A stretch of DNA of 63,842 nt, filler included. It is 4 parts of 4 records of this genome, joined end to end, with 100 filler letters (N's around TTAATTAATTAA, not from the genome) between each part and the next. Parts side by side here need not be neighbours in the genome. Positions count along the whole stretch, not along the records: positions 1 to 29,623 come from DRR723986_7774; 3 more parts are not named here. The stretch is one strand, 5' to 3'. This document shows, piece by piece, positions 1 to 9,761 of this stretch; positions within the stretch are counted from its first letter, which is position 1, and the number at the start of each line of letters is the position of its first letter. A model generated the notes under the pieces. That model did not search any database. It was not told the DNA's origin and saw only the letters and a program-made list of their open reading frames with translations. The position numbers and the translations under genes were made by a program.

Positions 1-1576
1 CAATCATGATTGAGGGTGCATTTGTATTGCCAGAAACCAAGGTGGGCATCACGCTCGCGTCTACCACTCTTAGTCCCTGCAGCCCATGCACACGTAGTTG
101 CGCATCCACAACCGACATTGTGTCGGTTCCCATTTTGCAAGTTCCTACAGGGTGATAGATGGTGTCGGCTCTAGCGCGTATTTTTGATTCCCACTGAGAA
201 TCGCTCATGCCTTCATGCACGTCGAAAAGTTCTTTATGTCGGTAGTTCTCTAATGGTTTTTGCATCAAAATTTCACGGGTGATTTTTGCTCCCTTGATCA
301 AAGTTTCCAGATCCCTGTGATCCGATAGGAACTTTGGATCGATCCCTGGATCATCCAAAGGATCCGCAGATTGCAAGAAAACTTCTCCTCGAGAATAGGG
401 ACGAAGCGCGCACACATGGCAAGAAAAGCCGTAGCCTGAATGTAGTTTGCGCGCGTGGTCCTCCACTATAGAAATTACAAAGTGCAATTGTAAATCTGCA
501 CGATCAATTGACTTCGATGATTTCAGAAATGCAGCTCCTTCCGCAAAAGGCGAGGACAGCATACCGGTGCCATTTCGACGCCACGAAGTAAGGTGCTTGA
601 ATAATCCCAGCGCGCCTGCCAAACCCAATCCAAAGTTGTCAGTATCAAGGGATTTGAATGCCAGTGTGAAATCCAGATGATCCTGCATGTTCTGCCCGAC
701 ACCTGCTAACTCGTGCACCATGCTAATGCCATAGGGGGTGATGTCTTGTGGTCTACCAACACCGGATAACTGTAAGAGTTGAGGGGAGCCAAAAGCACCA
801 GCAGAGACGATCACCTCGCGACGGGCTTTAACTAGAAACTCCTTGCCGCTGTGGCGATAAAAAACACCCTTTGCACGCTGATTCTCCAAAAGAATGCGAC
901 AGGCATGAGCGTTTGTAAGCACCGTTAGGTTTGAACGCTCGGTCATTATGGGATGAAGGTAAGCGGCGGCCGCTGAGCAACGTTCACCGTGCTTATTCGG
1001 GTCATGAAATTGTGTTACCTGGTATAGCCCGGTACCCTCATTGTCACCGGTATTGAAGTCTTGCTGCTCTGGTAGTCCCCAGGCTTTTGCTGCTTCAACA
1101 AACGCGCGAGTCACCGGTCGTGGGCTGTTCTGATCCGACACATGAAGTGGTCCGCTGGCCCCGTGAAATGGATCAGCACCTCGCTCGTTGTTTTCGGCAT
1201 CTTTAAAGTAAGGCAATACACTGTCCCAGTCCCAACCATCACAACCCAGGTTTGCCCAGCCATCGTAATCCTGTCTTTGTCCTCGGATGTATAACATGGC
1301 ATTAATCGCTGAAGAACCCCCCAGCGCCTTGCCGCGAGGCTGATAGCCAATACGCCCGTTTAAACCGGGCTGAGGCACTGTATTAAAAGCCCAGTTGTTC
1401 AGTTTTCCGTGCCCGGGAACCATCGCAACCATTGCAGCAGGTGTTCGAATCAAGGAATTGTCTCCACGACCACCAGCTTCAAGAAGGCACACTGTTACTG
1501 ACGAATCTTCGCTCAAGCGCGCTGCCAGAGTTGCTCCGGATGAGCCTCCACCCACGATTACAAAATCGAATTCCAT
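1..1576 (-). CDS. alkJ: GMC oxidoreductase (AlkJ-like alcohol dehydrogenase), runs off the left edge
   Basis: Absent from the ORF track because it has no stop in the window. Manual translation from ATG 1576 (GGAG RBS): [24 protein letters not shown]...LLEAG...[20 protein letters not shown]...GVGQNMQDH...[12 protein letters not shown]...[24 protein letters not shown], the classic GMC motifs. Directly downstream of alkB. Confidence 0.9.
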   Translation of the reverse strand, partial: MEFDFVIVGGGSSGATLAARLSEDSSVTVCLLEAGGRGDNSLIRTPAAMVAMVPGHGKLNNWAFNTVPQPGLNGRIGYQPRGKALGGSSAINAMLYIRGQRQDYDGWANLGCDGWDWDSVLPYFKDAENNERGADPFHGASGPLHVSDQNSPRPVTRAFVEAAKAWGLPEQQDFNTGDNEGTGLYQVTQFHDPNKHGERCSAAAAYLHPIMTERSNLTVLTNAHACRILLENQRAKGVFYRHSGKEFLVKARREVIVSAGAFGSPQLLQLSGVGRPQDITPYGISMVHELAGVGQNMQDHLDFTLAFKSLDTDNFGLGLAGALGLFKHLTSWRRNGTGMLSSPFAEGAAFLKSSKSIDRADLQLHFVISIVEDHARKLHSGYGFSCHVCALRPYSRGEVFLQSADPLDDPGIDPKFLSDHRDLETLIKGAKITREILMQKPLENYRHKELFDVHEGMSDSQWESKIRARADTIYHPVGTCKMGTDTMSVVDAQLRVHGLQGLRVVDASVMPTLVSGNTNAPSIMI

Positions 1577-1609
1577 AATAATCTCCAAACTAAGAATTAG
1601 TTGCTTCTC

Positions 1610-3880
1610 TCAAGTCGAATACTTGATCGAATCAGGAGACCATTGGCGGGGGTCATAGTCGACCAACTCTTTAATTCCACTTCGCTGATTGGCACGAAGA
1701 GCCAAGATTTGTTCCTCCGGGGAAGCAAAGTGTCGGTCCCACTCAACTAGTTTTGATGTCATGAGCTTGTGCCAAAGGGGCGGGCAAAGCGTCAAAAAAA
1801 TTGTGGTTAGGTATCCGCCGATCATCACAGGCGCATCAGGCAGTGGCATCAAGTTCTGGTAGGGCACTTCGCCTTGTGCATGATGATGCGAATGACGACT
1901 CAGGTTGAACATGCCCCATGATGTCATTCGACGGTTCGTATTCCAGGAGTGACGTGGCTGAACAGGCTGTTCAGGTAAGCGCACCATGCCGTAATGCTCC
2001 ATGTAGTTCACGATTTCAAGTAAGGATTTGCCAAATAAAGCGGCCAAGCTAAAACATAGTGCGCCTGTCCAGCCCGCAACCGAAAATGCAGCTACATTCA
2101 ACACCACGCTCATGAGCAGGCCTCGAATGTACGCATTGTGATAAGACATTACTGGGAGTCCCTTTTTATTCAGGCGTTCAGCTTCAATTTTTGCAGCACT
2201 GATATTTCCCTTGATAGTTGAGAGCACTATGTGAAGATATACATTGCGTCCACGTGGTGCTGTCGCTGGATCATGCTCAGTTGACACATAACGATGATGA
2301 CCGTACACATGCTCAATGGCAAAGCCCGCATCGTAACTAAACGCCAGAAGCCAACGCCCAACCCACAACGAAACGGGATCCCATGTCCGATGCGTTAATT
2401 CATGAGCAACCACAGTGCCCATGATTCCAATCAAATAGCCATAGTAAATAATCCCTGAAAAATAGCGATGTACAGACGAGGTTGCCTCCCGCGCCGCAAA
2501 GACGTCGTAACTGGTAAGACCCATGACAAATTCACCTAGACCAAGTGGATCTCCTGTCGACATCGTCCACATAAAGCAAAAACCAATCAACAAAAGGAGT
2601 GGCAAAGCTAACCACAATTGAACGGTCAAAATCCAGGGCTTGCGGTACTCGGGTGTCACTGTGTCGTCGCCCGTCAACATGTCTCCTAGAACATAAAAGC
2701 CCAACAAACTCGCAAAACCCGCAGTGATCCAAGCGCCACCCGCCAAATATGCAACGACTGCGATTACTCCCATCAAATGAAACATCATGAACTTCAGATA
2801 ATCACCAATGGTCGCCGGAGTTCTCTCAATCAAGGGCAAACCAACCGCTCCATAAAAGCCAGTGTTCATAACCTCTCGAACTACGAAGCGATCTGCATAA
2901 ATACCTTGTGCTGCAAGCTTGTTCTCCTTTAATTCCTTAATTGCAGCATCAATCATTTGAGGCGGACCACATAAGTAGGCTTGGGTGGCACCCGCAGCTT
3001 CCCTACGAATATGGTCCGTTACCAAGCCACGCAAGCCATTCCAGTTGTGATTGGAATTATCTTCACTAAGAATGGGAACAAACCGAAATCCAGGCCAATT
3101 CTTTGTGTAAGCGTCAAGGCGATGTAATTCGTATAGATCTTGTTCGGTGCGTGCACCGAACAACAGCGTAACGGGGCGCCGATCACCCTTGCGCTCCATC
3201 TCCTCAAGCATCCCAAGTATTGGAGCCAGGCCACTACCACCGGCGATAAATACAACCTTTTCTCCACCCTCACGTAGCCAAAAGTCTCCACCGGGACCTC
3301 GTACGGTTAGTATTTCCCCTTCGACCAGCTTATCGAATACATAAGTTGAAAACCGACCACTAGGCACTCTGCGAATGGTGAAGCTGGCCAGACCTTGGTT
3401 GTCTGGTGCATTTGAAAATGAATAACTACGAGGTGCGTTTTTGACAGAATCCAGCGTCAACTCGGCGAATTGGCCGGCCTTGTAATTGATTGGCTGATCA
3501 AGTTGCACGTCAATTCTCGCTATGTCGTGTGTCAAGAACTCGCGCTTCACAATGCGTCCCGCTACTGGCGAAGAAGTAATCGCGGCGCTCTCGTCCATTT
3601 CCACTTCAATGTCCGACTTCAAGCGACTTTGACAAGCCAAAATGTAGCCTTCAGCAATCTCTTCCTCAGAGAGCAGGTACGCGCTCTCAGTCAACTCCTG
3701 AACCCTGCCGTCCTTGAGCTTACACTTGCAGGAACCACATCCTCCAACTCTGCAAATATTGGGAATTTCGACGTTTTGACGCAAAGCAGCTAGAAGTAGC
3801 GTTTCGTCGGCTTCAACATGAATGAGTTTGCCGTTTATATTGGCTTTGTGGGTTGAGCCTTTGTTTAGAAATTGAAGCAT
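1610..3880 (-). CDS. alkB: Three-domain fusion: 2Fe-2S ferredoxin + FAD/NAD(P)H ferredoxin reductase + AlkB-type alkane 1-monooxygenase
   Basis: N-terminal CRVGGCGSC...C (plant-type 2Fe-2S); RSYSF, GGSGLAP and YLCGPP (FNR family); membrane segment; His boxes HELTH, EHVYGHH, NYMEHYG, LSRHSHHHA. Start moved to ATG 3880 (GGAGG RBS); the track starts at 3928. Confidence 0.92.
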   Translation of the reverse strand: MLQFLNKGSTHKANINGKLIHVEADETLLLAALRQNVEIPNICRVGGCGSCKCKLKDGRVQELTESAYLLSEEEIAEGYILACQSRLKSDIEVEMDESAAITSSPVAGRIVKREFLTHDIARIDVQLDQPINYKAGQFAELTLDSVKNAPRSYSFSNAPDNQGLASFTIRRVPSGRFSTYVFDKLVEGEILTVRGPGGDFWLREGGEKVVFIAGGSGLAPILGMLEEMERKGDRRPVTLLFGARTEQDLYELHRLDAYTKNWPGFRFVPILSEDNSNHNWNGLRGLVTDHIRREAAGATQAYLCGPPQMIDAAIKELKENKLAAQGIYADRFVVREVMNTGFYGAVGLPLIERTPATIGDYLKFMMFHLMGVIAVVAYLAGGAWITAGFASLLGFYVLGDMLTGDDTVTPEYRKPWILTVQLWLALPLLLLIGFCFMWTMSTGDPLGLGEFVMGLTSYDVFAAREATSSVHRYFSGIIYYGYLIGIMGTVVAHELTHRTWDPVSLWVGRWLLAFSYDAGFAIEHVYGHHRYVSTEHDPATAPRGRNVYLHIVLSTIKGNISAAKIEAERLNKKGLPVMSYHNAYIRGLLMSVVLNVAAFSVAGWTGALCFSLAALFGKSLLEIVNYMEHYGMVRLPEQPVQPRHSWNTNRRMTSWGMFNLSRHSHHHAQGEVPYQNLMPLPDAPVMIGGYLTTIFLTLCPPLWHKLMTSKLVEWDRHFASPEEQILALRANQRSGIKELVDYDPRQWSPDSIKYST

Positions 3881-3950
3881 GTCCGCCTCCAAGTGATTTT
3901 TATAATGTGAGAAATGGCGATAGACCAAATGAGAATTATTATGCGGAGGG

Positions 3951-3997
3951 GGTCATTTTCTGCAAAGAGGTGCGTCGGACAAAAAGGGGTCTTTTTC
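3951..3997 (-). promoter_or_regulatory. Putative activator sites upstream of the alkB fusion (GGTCATTTTC / GGTCTTTTTC on + strand)
   Basis: Same GGTCATTT core as the repeats upstream of the ferredoxin gene, at a similar distance (about 70 nt) from the start codon. Confidence 0.4.
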
Positions 3998-4057
3998 CGC
4001 CAATCTTATGCAGTAGTCGTTTGATTTACCTTTGAAGGAAGCTAACTCTTACATACT

Positions 4058-5290
4058 TCAGATTAAAGAAGTTAACGCGATGTTCAGATCTCTCAACTTC
4101 TCGGCACTGACGTCCTTACCCTCGTAAACGAGCCGCTTACCGACCATAAAAGCCAATGGCATGTTGACTGCGTCAACAGCAATTAGACGACCTTCCCTGA
4201 TATAGAAAACCGCAAATGCATCACCCTCGATGTCGCGGCGAACGACGCGTTCATCATGGTTCTGTGACAATCCCACCATTTGCAGGCGAAGGTCATATTG
4301 ATTCGACCAGAACCATGGGACGTGGTGGTACGGTTTGTCCTCTCCCATCAGGGTAGCCGCCGCTGTACGGGCTTGTTCGACAGCGTTGGCGACCGATTCG
4401 ACCCGTTGCATTTGTTTGAAAAAAAGATTTCGGTGGCGGGTACAGTCGCCGATAGCCAGGATGGAGGGATCATTGCTGCGGGTATGTTCATCCACTAAAA
4501 TACCGTCATCACAAGCCAGTCCAGCGGACTCTGCCAGTTTGGTTTCTGGTACTACTCCTACAGAGACGAGCACAATATCGGCTGGCAAGGTATTCCCGTT
4601 CGCCACTACTACGCCAGTCACATGACCGAGACCGTCAGTTGCGAATTCGGTAGCCGTGGTGGTCAACCGCACATCCACTCCCGCGCTGCGGTGCTTTGAA
4701 TAAAAGAACTCTGAGATCTCTGGTCCTGTGACACGTTGCAATAGGCGTTCTGAGGATTCGAGCACAGTGACGTCTAGGCCTGCCTTGATGGCGATTGCTG
4801 CCACTTCTAGGCCGATGTAGCCGCCACCAACGATCACCAGCCGTTTACCCGGATTTAGTTGATCACGCAGGACATCGGTGTCGGCGATATCGTGCAGATA
4901 ATGAATTCCCTTCAAGTCCGCGCCGGGTACTTTCAGACGTCGCACCCGTGACCCAGTGGCCAGGACGAGTCGATCGTATGTCAGAGTGCTCTGATCAGAC
5001 AAGAGAATGGTTTTATTGCTCCGATTTATCTGCTCAACGCGCACGCCAAGTTTAAGCTGGTGGCCCGCGTTCTCGTATACCGACGATGGTTTCAAGTACA
5101 GCGACTCTCGGTCAACACTACCCGCCAGGTAATTCTTCGACAGAGGTGGGCGCTGGTATGGGGGGTAGGGCTCATCTCCTACCAGTACTATATTATGCGG
5201 GTATTTTTTCTGGATTAATGTGGTCAGTAGCGCGCCTGCTGCATGCCCACCTCCAACGACAACTGTCGTCTCTTTTTCTTTCGTTGTCAT
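4058..5290 (-). CDS. NAD(P)H ferredoxin reductase (putidaredoxin-reductase type) for CYP153
   Basis: VVVGGGHAA, PYQRPPLSK, GGGYIGLEVA, AIGDC, VPWFWSNQYD; adjacent to CYP153. Likely start MTTKEK at 5290. Confidence 0.92.
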   Translation of the reverse strand: MTTKEKETTVVVGGGHAAGALLTTLIQKKYPHNIVLVGDEPYPPYQRPPLSKNYLAGSVDRESLYLKPSSVYENAGHQLKLGVRVEQINRSNKTILLSDQSTLTYDRLVLATGSRVRRLKVPGADLKGIHYLHDIADTDVLRDQLNPGKRLVIVGGGYIGLEVAAIAIKAGLDVTVLESSERLLQRVTGPEISEFFYSKHRSAGVDVRLTTTATEFATDGLGHVTGVVVANGNTLPADIVLVSVGVVPETKLAESAGLACDDGILVDEHTRSNDPSILAIGDCTRHRNLFFKQMQRVESVANAVEQARTAAATLMGEDKPYHHVPWFWSNQYDLRLQMVGLSQNHDERVVRRDIEGDAFAVFYIREGRLIAVDAVNMPLAFMVGKRLVYEGKDVSAEKLRDLNIALTSLI

Positions 5291-5422
5291 GAGCGCCCTC
5301 TCCAACACGTTATTGAGACCGGATTATCCAGCTGGACAATATTATGATTGCGCCCCCCTAACAGCGGTCGGGCGTCTCTGTTTGCTTGTAAAGGAATTAA
5401 CTTGTATTCTGCGTCAAAGAGA

Positions 5423-6835
5423 TTATCGCAGTGGGGTCAATTTAACCATCATCTCCGAATAGCCACGCACGAAGTTCGACTGCACTCGTTCGGGCTCACC
5501 AACAACTTCTATGTTTTCAAAGCGCTTGAGTAATTCCTCCCACAGGATACGCAGTTGTAGTTCGGCCAGACGGTTGCCCATGCATCGGTGAACGCCATAG
5601 CCGAACGACAGGTGGTTACGTGCGCCAGAACGGTCGATGAGGAATTGATCCGGATCCGTAAACTTGCGCTCGTCCCGATTTCCCGATGCATACCACATCA
5701 CTACTCGATCACCTTTTTTGATAGTCCGTCCCCCAAGCTCAACGTCTTGCTTGGCGATTCGGCGCATATAGGCCAAAGGTGTTTGCCAGCGGATGATTTC
5801 CGACACCATGTTTGGAATTAGCGCAGGGTTTGCTTTGAGCTTCTTGAACTCTTTCGGAAACTGGTTCATGGCTAGTAAGCCTCCACTCATGGAGTTGCGG
5901 GTAGTGTCATTACCACCGACGATGAGTAGTGCCAGATTGCCAATAAACTCCATCGGACGGTTAATCAAGTCACGAGTATCCTCACTGCTTTGCAACAAGC
6001 TGATCAAATCAAAGCCTGGCGCCTCACCTGCGGCGCGGCGTGCCTGCTTATCTCGCCAAAGTCGTGAAAAATCGCGGGCCATGTCGGCGGCAGCGTCGAA
6101 CATGGCCTCCTCGTCGGTGAACTCGCCACCGGTGGCTGATGCGGCACCAGCTAAAAGGTCTGACCAGTAAATTAGTTTGTCACGTTCGTCGTAAGGGAAA
6201 TCCAAAAGCGTGGCCAGCATGCGTCCGGTTAGCTCCTTTGATACCGTTGGTACCCAGTCAAAGGGTTGGCCCACGGGAAGACTGTCGAGCACATCCCCTG
6301 TGCGAGACCGGATTAGGCTCTCCATTTCTTTCAGGTTCTGAGGAGCCACTACGCCTTGCACGGAGCTCCGCTGTGCATCGTGTTTTGGTGGATCCATGGC
6401 GATGAACATTTCCACCGAGAGGCCTTCAGGGGGATCGCCAAGGATGATGACCGGCTCGGCGGAAAACAGGTCATGGTGTTTATCGACGAACAGGATGTCC
6501 TCATAGCGAGTCACCGACCAGAACGGACCGAATGGACTGTTTTTCTGGAAGTGCACCGGGGCTTCATCACGCAGTCTCTTGAAATAGGCCCGCCATTGCC
6601 CTTGCCTGTACAAAAACGGATTGCTCACGTCAATGTCATCAATTCGTAGTGTACCTACGTCTGGCAGCGGGTATTCAACAAAGCTTGGCGTGGGCCTGCG
6701 CGCGCCAATTGTTTTCTTTTTGGCACGCATCAAAAATTTCAGACCCTGAATTTGCAAATGCATTGGTATCACCTTGGCGGTGGCATTAATCACTCTGGTC
6801 TGAATTTGGTCAAATGTTTTGGATTGTGTTGACAT
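5423..6835 (-). CDS. Cytochrome P450 CYP153 family alkane omega-hydroxylase
   Basis: MFIAMDPPKHD, LLIVGGNDTTRNS, EIIRWQTPLAYMRR and heme motif HLSFGYGVHRCMG; lies between ferredoxin and reductase. Confidence 0.95.
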   Translation of the reverse strand: MSTQSKTFDQIQTRVINATAKVIPMHLQIQGLKFLMRAKKKTIGARRPTPSFVEYPLPDVGTLRIDDIDVSNPFLYRQGQWRAYFKRLRDEAPVHFQKNSPFGPFWSVTRYEDILFVDKHHDLFSAEPVIILGDPPEGLSVEMFIAMDPPKHDAQRSSVQGVVAPQNLKEMESLIRSRTGDVLDSLPVGQPFDWVPTVSKELTGRMLATLLDFPYDERDKLIYWSDLLAGAASATGGEFTDEEAMFDAAADMARDFSRLWRDKQARRAAGEAPGFDLISLLQSSEDTRDLINRPMEFIGNLALLIVGGNDTTRNSMSGGLLAMNQFPKEFKKLKANPALIPNMVSEIIRWQTPLAYMRRIAKQDVELGGRTIKKGDRVVMWYASGNRDERKFTDPDQFLIDRSGARNHLSFGYGVHRCMGNRLAELQLRILWEELLKRFENIEVVGEPERVQSNFVRGYSEMMVKLTPLR

Positions 6836-6850
6836 GGGGCTCTCCGATAT

Positions 6851-7171
6851 TTACATCTGAAATTCTGGGAGTCGAACGGTCATGCCGTCCATCGCTTCAG
6901 TGGTTTTAACTTGGCAGCCCAAACGTGAGGTTTTTGCCCGCTCTGGCGTCATCGATAGCATCTGCTCTTCCCCATCACCGAATGAACCGATCTTTTCGAA
7001 CCATTCATCTGCGACTATGATGTGACAAGTGCCACAGGCGCATTCCCCGCCACAGTCCCCATCGATTCCTGGAATGGCGTTATCGACTGCGATTTGCATC
7101 AATGATGATCCAGCCTTGAATTCGATAACGTGAGTTGTATTGTTATGCTCAATAAAAATGATTTTGCCCAC
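6851..7171 (-). CDS. 2Fe-2S ferredoxin (putidaredoxin/adrenodoxin type)
   Basis: DGDCGGECACGTCH...SRLGCQ; GTG start at 7171 after AGGAG. Confidence 0.92.
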   Translation of the reverse strand: MGKIIFIEHNNTTHVIEFKAGSSLMQIAVDNAIPGIDGDCGGECACGTCHIIVADEWFEKIGSFGDGEEQMLSMTPERAKTSRLGCQVKTTEAMDGMTVRLPEFQM

Positions 7172-7235
7172 TGCGTTTCTCCTACTAGTAACTATCATCG
7201 CTAGTGATAGTAAATTGCCGTCAACACAACGGCGA

Positions 7236-7265
7236 GGTCATTTCTTGACGGCACCGGGTCATTTC
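7236..7265. promoter_or_regulatory. Direct repeat GGTCATTTC x2 (21-bp period), probable AraC-family binding site
   Basis: GGTCATTTC at 7236 and 7257 in the divergent ferredoxin/araC spacer. A 21-bp period is typical of AraC/XylS tandem sites. Confidence 0.55.
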
Positions 7266-7305
7266 AAGACAATGCAGTTATTCTCATCCTTGATAGGTGG
7301 CGCTG

Positions 7306-8364
7306 ATGACGCGGCAAGCGAATATTTCCCAAAACCTTACAGCCGATATCCCATCAAATTACTCACGACTTATTGCCCGTGAGCTGGATCTGACGGCTAG
7401 ACAGCTACCAGTTCTGTTACGTGGAACGGGACTCGGAGTTAGACAGTTTCTGAGGGAGGATGGCTTGCTCTCGGCAACTCAACAAGTTCTGATTTTGCGA
7501 AATGCGTTGGTGTTGTCTGGCCAGCCCGAATTTGGTTTAATGTTGGGCAAGCGCCTCACGCCGGCGACGCATGGTGCTATGGGGTTTGCCGCTTCAAGCA
7601 GCCCAAATTTACTCAGTGCGCTACAGGCTATACATATATTTCTGCCAACGCGGGTAAGCGTCATTGAATTAAATTTGCAGCAAGTTGAAACTCACCTCGA
7701 ATGCACACTGCATTTTCGGATGTCGCTTGATGCTGACATACAGCGTTGCATGGCAGATACGATAATTAAAGTTCTTCTGGAGTTTGGTGAATTCATTATT
7801 GGTCGACCTCTAAATGAGGCTGAAATATTTTTCCCCCATCAGGCACCCGAGTACCATGCGCTGTACTCCGACTATTTGTCGGGGCAGATTCTCTTTAATT
7901 GCGATCATTTAAAACTCAGGTTGCCGATGGCGTTGTGTCTGGAGCCGAACGCCTCTGCCAATCATGAAAGCTATCGCTTTGCTCTGCAGCAGTGTGAATC
8001 CATGCTCGCGCAACTTCAGACTCACAAACCTAGCTATCAGACGAGAATTAAAAAGATGATGTTGTCCCGTCCGCCCGGAACCCTTAATGAAGATGAAGCG
8101 GCAGCTTCTCTATTCATGAGCAAGCGCACCATGGCACGTAAACTCAAAGAGGAAAACACCGGATTCCGGCAAATCCGAGATGAGATTATGTCTCAACAGG
8201 CTGCAAGCTACCTGTGCGACAGCAGGTTATCCATTGAGAACATCGCTGTGTTGATGAACTATCATGATAGTGCCAACTTCAGGCGTGCTTTTAAGCGCTG
8301 GTTTGACCAACCGCCAGAGACGTTCAGGCTAAATACCAAGCCTCAGGCTATGCAATTTAGTTGA
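7306..8364 (+). CDS. AraC-family transcriptional regulator of the CYP153 operon
   Basis: C-terminal HTH (AASLFMSKRTMARKL...IAVLMNYHDSANFRRAFKRW); divergent from the ferredoxin-CYP153 genes. ATG 7306 preferred over GTG 7297. Confidence 0.88.
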   Translation: MTRQANISQNLTADIPSNYSRLIARELDLTARQLPVLLRGTGLGVRQFLREDGLLSATQQVLILRNALVLSGQPEFGLMLGKRLTPATHGAMGFAASSSPNLLSALQAIHIFLPTRVSVIELNLQQVETHLECTLHFRMSLDADIQRCMADTIIKVLLEFGEFIIGRPLNEAEIFFPHQAPEYHALYSDYLSGQILFNCDHLKLRLPMALCLEPNASANHESYRFALQQCESMLAQLQTHKPSYQTRIKKMMLSRPPGTLNEDEAAASLFMSKRTMARKLKEENTGFRQIRDEIMSQQAASYLCDSRLSIENIAVLMNYHDSANFRRAFKRWFDQPPETFRLNTKPQAMQFS

Positions 8365-8372
8365 TTTATGAT

Positions 8373-9029
8373 CTAAATCAACGGTTGATTGAGCTGCTTT
8401 AACCGGTGCAAGTGTTCGCCCTGAGCATTTTGATTGATCAAACCTTTGATAATAGCTTGCCAGACGAAATTGCCAATGTCGTTCGGTGTATGGGAGCCAT
8501 TTGGATCAAACCATGTTGCAACCCAGTTGAGGGCACCAAGGCCAATCAGTCGAAGAAGACGACTATCCACGTCTTTCTGAATAACTCTCTGGCTGATCAT
8601 TGTTTCGAGAATATCTATCCAAAGAGACTCGTACTGGTCACGCAGTTTTATGATTTCCTTCCGTGCCTCTGGACTCAAGGCTCGCCATTCAAACAGCAGC
8701 ACATAGACCATGTCGGAATCACCCAGCAGAGCTCGAAGATGTGCATTGATGCAAAGACGCAACTTCTCGACTGGGTCATTCGAACTGGCATAGGCCAATT
8801 CTACCTCTTCTGTTACCAGGTAAATTCCACGGCGCATCAGTTCAACAAGAAGTGCCTCCTTGGTGTTGTATCGATAATAAAGGCTGCCTGGCAGCATATT
8901 GCAAGCTTCAGCGATTTCCTTAAGTGAGGTTTTCTCAAATCCCTTTTCGCGAAAAAGTCGTGCTGCATTTGACAAAACATTGCCCTGATCATCCAGTTTA
9001 CTATCGGGTATGGGCGGTTTTTGAACCAT
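8373..9029 (-). CDS. TetR/AcrR-family regulator
   Basis: AARLFREKGFEKTSLKEIAEACNMLPGSLYYRYNTKEALL TetR HTH. Confidence 0.9.
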   Translation of the reverse strand: MVQKPPIPDSKLDDQGNVLSNAARLFREKGFEKTSLKEIAEACNMLPGSLYYRYNTKEALLVELMRRGIYLVTEEVELAYASSNDPVEKLRLCINAHLRALLGDSDMVYVLLFEWRALSPEARKEIIKLRDQYESLWIDILETMISQRVIQKDVDSRLLRLIGLGALNWVATWFDPNGSHTPNDIGNFVWQAIIKGLINQNAQGEHLHRLKQLNQPLI

Positions 9030-9147
9030 AGTTTGTACATCTCCTAAGTGGGGACATTGTATTTCTCATCATTGTCAAAATGGACCGAATCTACACACAA
9101 ATAATATTCCATTGTGTAAGTCGTTGCCCTTCCGCTTGAACATATTC

Positions 9148-9176
9148 TTGACTTTAGTTGGTTCACCAACCAAAAT
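9148..9176 (+). promoter_or_regulatory. Sigma70-like promoter with palindromic operator TTGGTT-cacc-AACCAA
   Basis: TTGACT (9148), N17, CAAAAT (9171). A perfect inverted repeat at 9158-9173 overlaps the spacer and -10, upstream of the thioesterase genes and divergent from tetR. Confidence 0.55.
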
Positions 9177-9275
9177 TAAGATGTGTGTAAACTTTTAGGC
9201 GATTACTATCAATGGCAATAATTGCTTTTGGTCTTTTTTATGCCAATCCCAAATGTTAATGAGCGATCAAATCTG

Positions 9276-9761
9276 ATGACTGAGCCAAACAAAGTTCACC
9301 AATGTGGTGCCGTAGAGACTGCGCGGCGTTTTACCGAGCAGGTCCCTCACAACAGCGATCTAGGTATGCAGGTAGTCTTTGTGAATGGCAGTAAGGTGTG
9401 TATGCGTCTAACCCCACAGGCATGGATGTTCGCCGATTCCGAAAAAAGGGAAGTAAGCACGAGTATTTTGTATTCACTAGCTGACTCGGCCAGCGGTCTT
9501 GCGGTATTCGCTGAGGCACAGGAGCTAACTCCTATAGCTACGTTGAGTTTGCATATGGATTACCTAAGACCCGCTGTTGATAGTCATTCATTGTTGGCGG
9601 TGGCCACTTGTCGCCATCTTATGGACGACGTAGCCTTCATCTATTGTGAAATCTTCTGTGAAGGTGATGATGTGCCGCTAGCAACAGGTAGTGCCACATT
9701 TATAAGAAATACCCAAGGCCAACGCTTCCAAGTGGCTGAGGCTTCAAGGGGAAGAGCATGA
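9276..9761 (+). CDS. PaaI-family (hotdog fold) thioesterase-like protein
   Basis: LADSASGLA...IATLSLHMDYLRPA pattern; the usual HGG motif is replaced. Confidence 0.75.
   Translation: MTEPNKVHQCGAVETARRFTEQVPHNSDLGMQVVFVNGSKVCMRLTPQAWMFADSEKREVSTSILYSLADSASGLAVFAEAQELTPIATLSLHMDYLRPAVDSHSLLAVATCRHLMDDVAFIYCEIFCEGDDVPLATGSATFIRNTQGQRFQVAEASRGRA

Noticed and set aside
447-1658. Short track ORFs in the first 1.6 kb
   Set aside because: They are shadows of the minus-strand GMC gene that the track missed.
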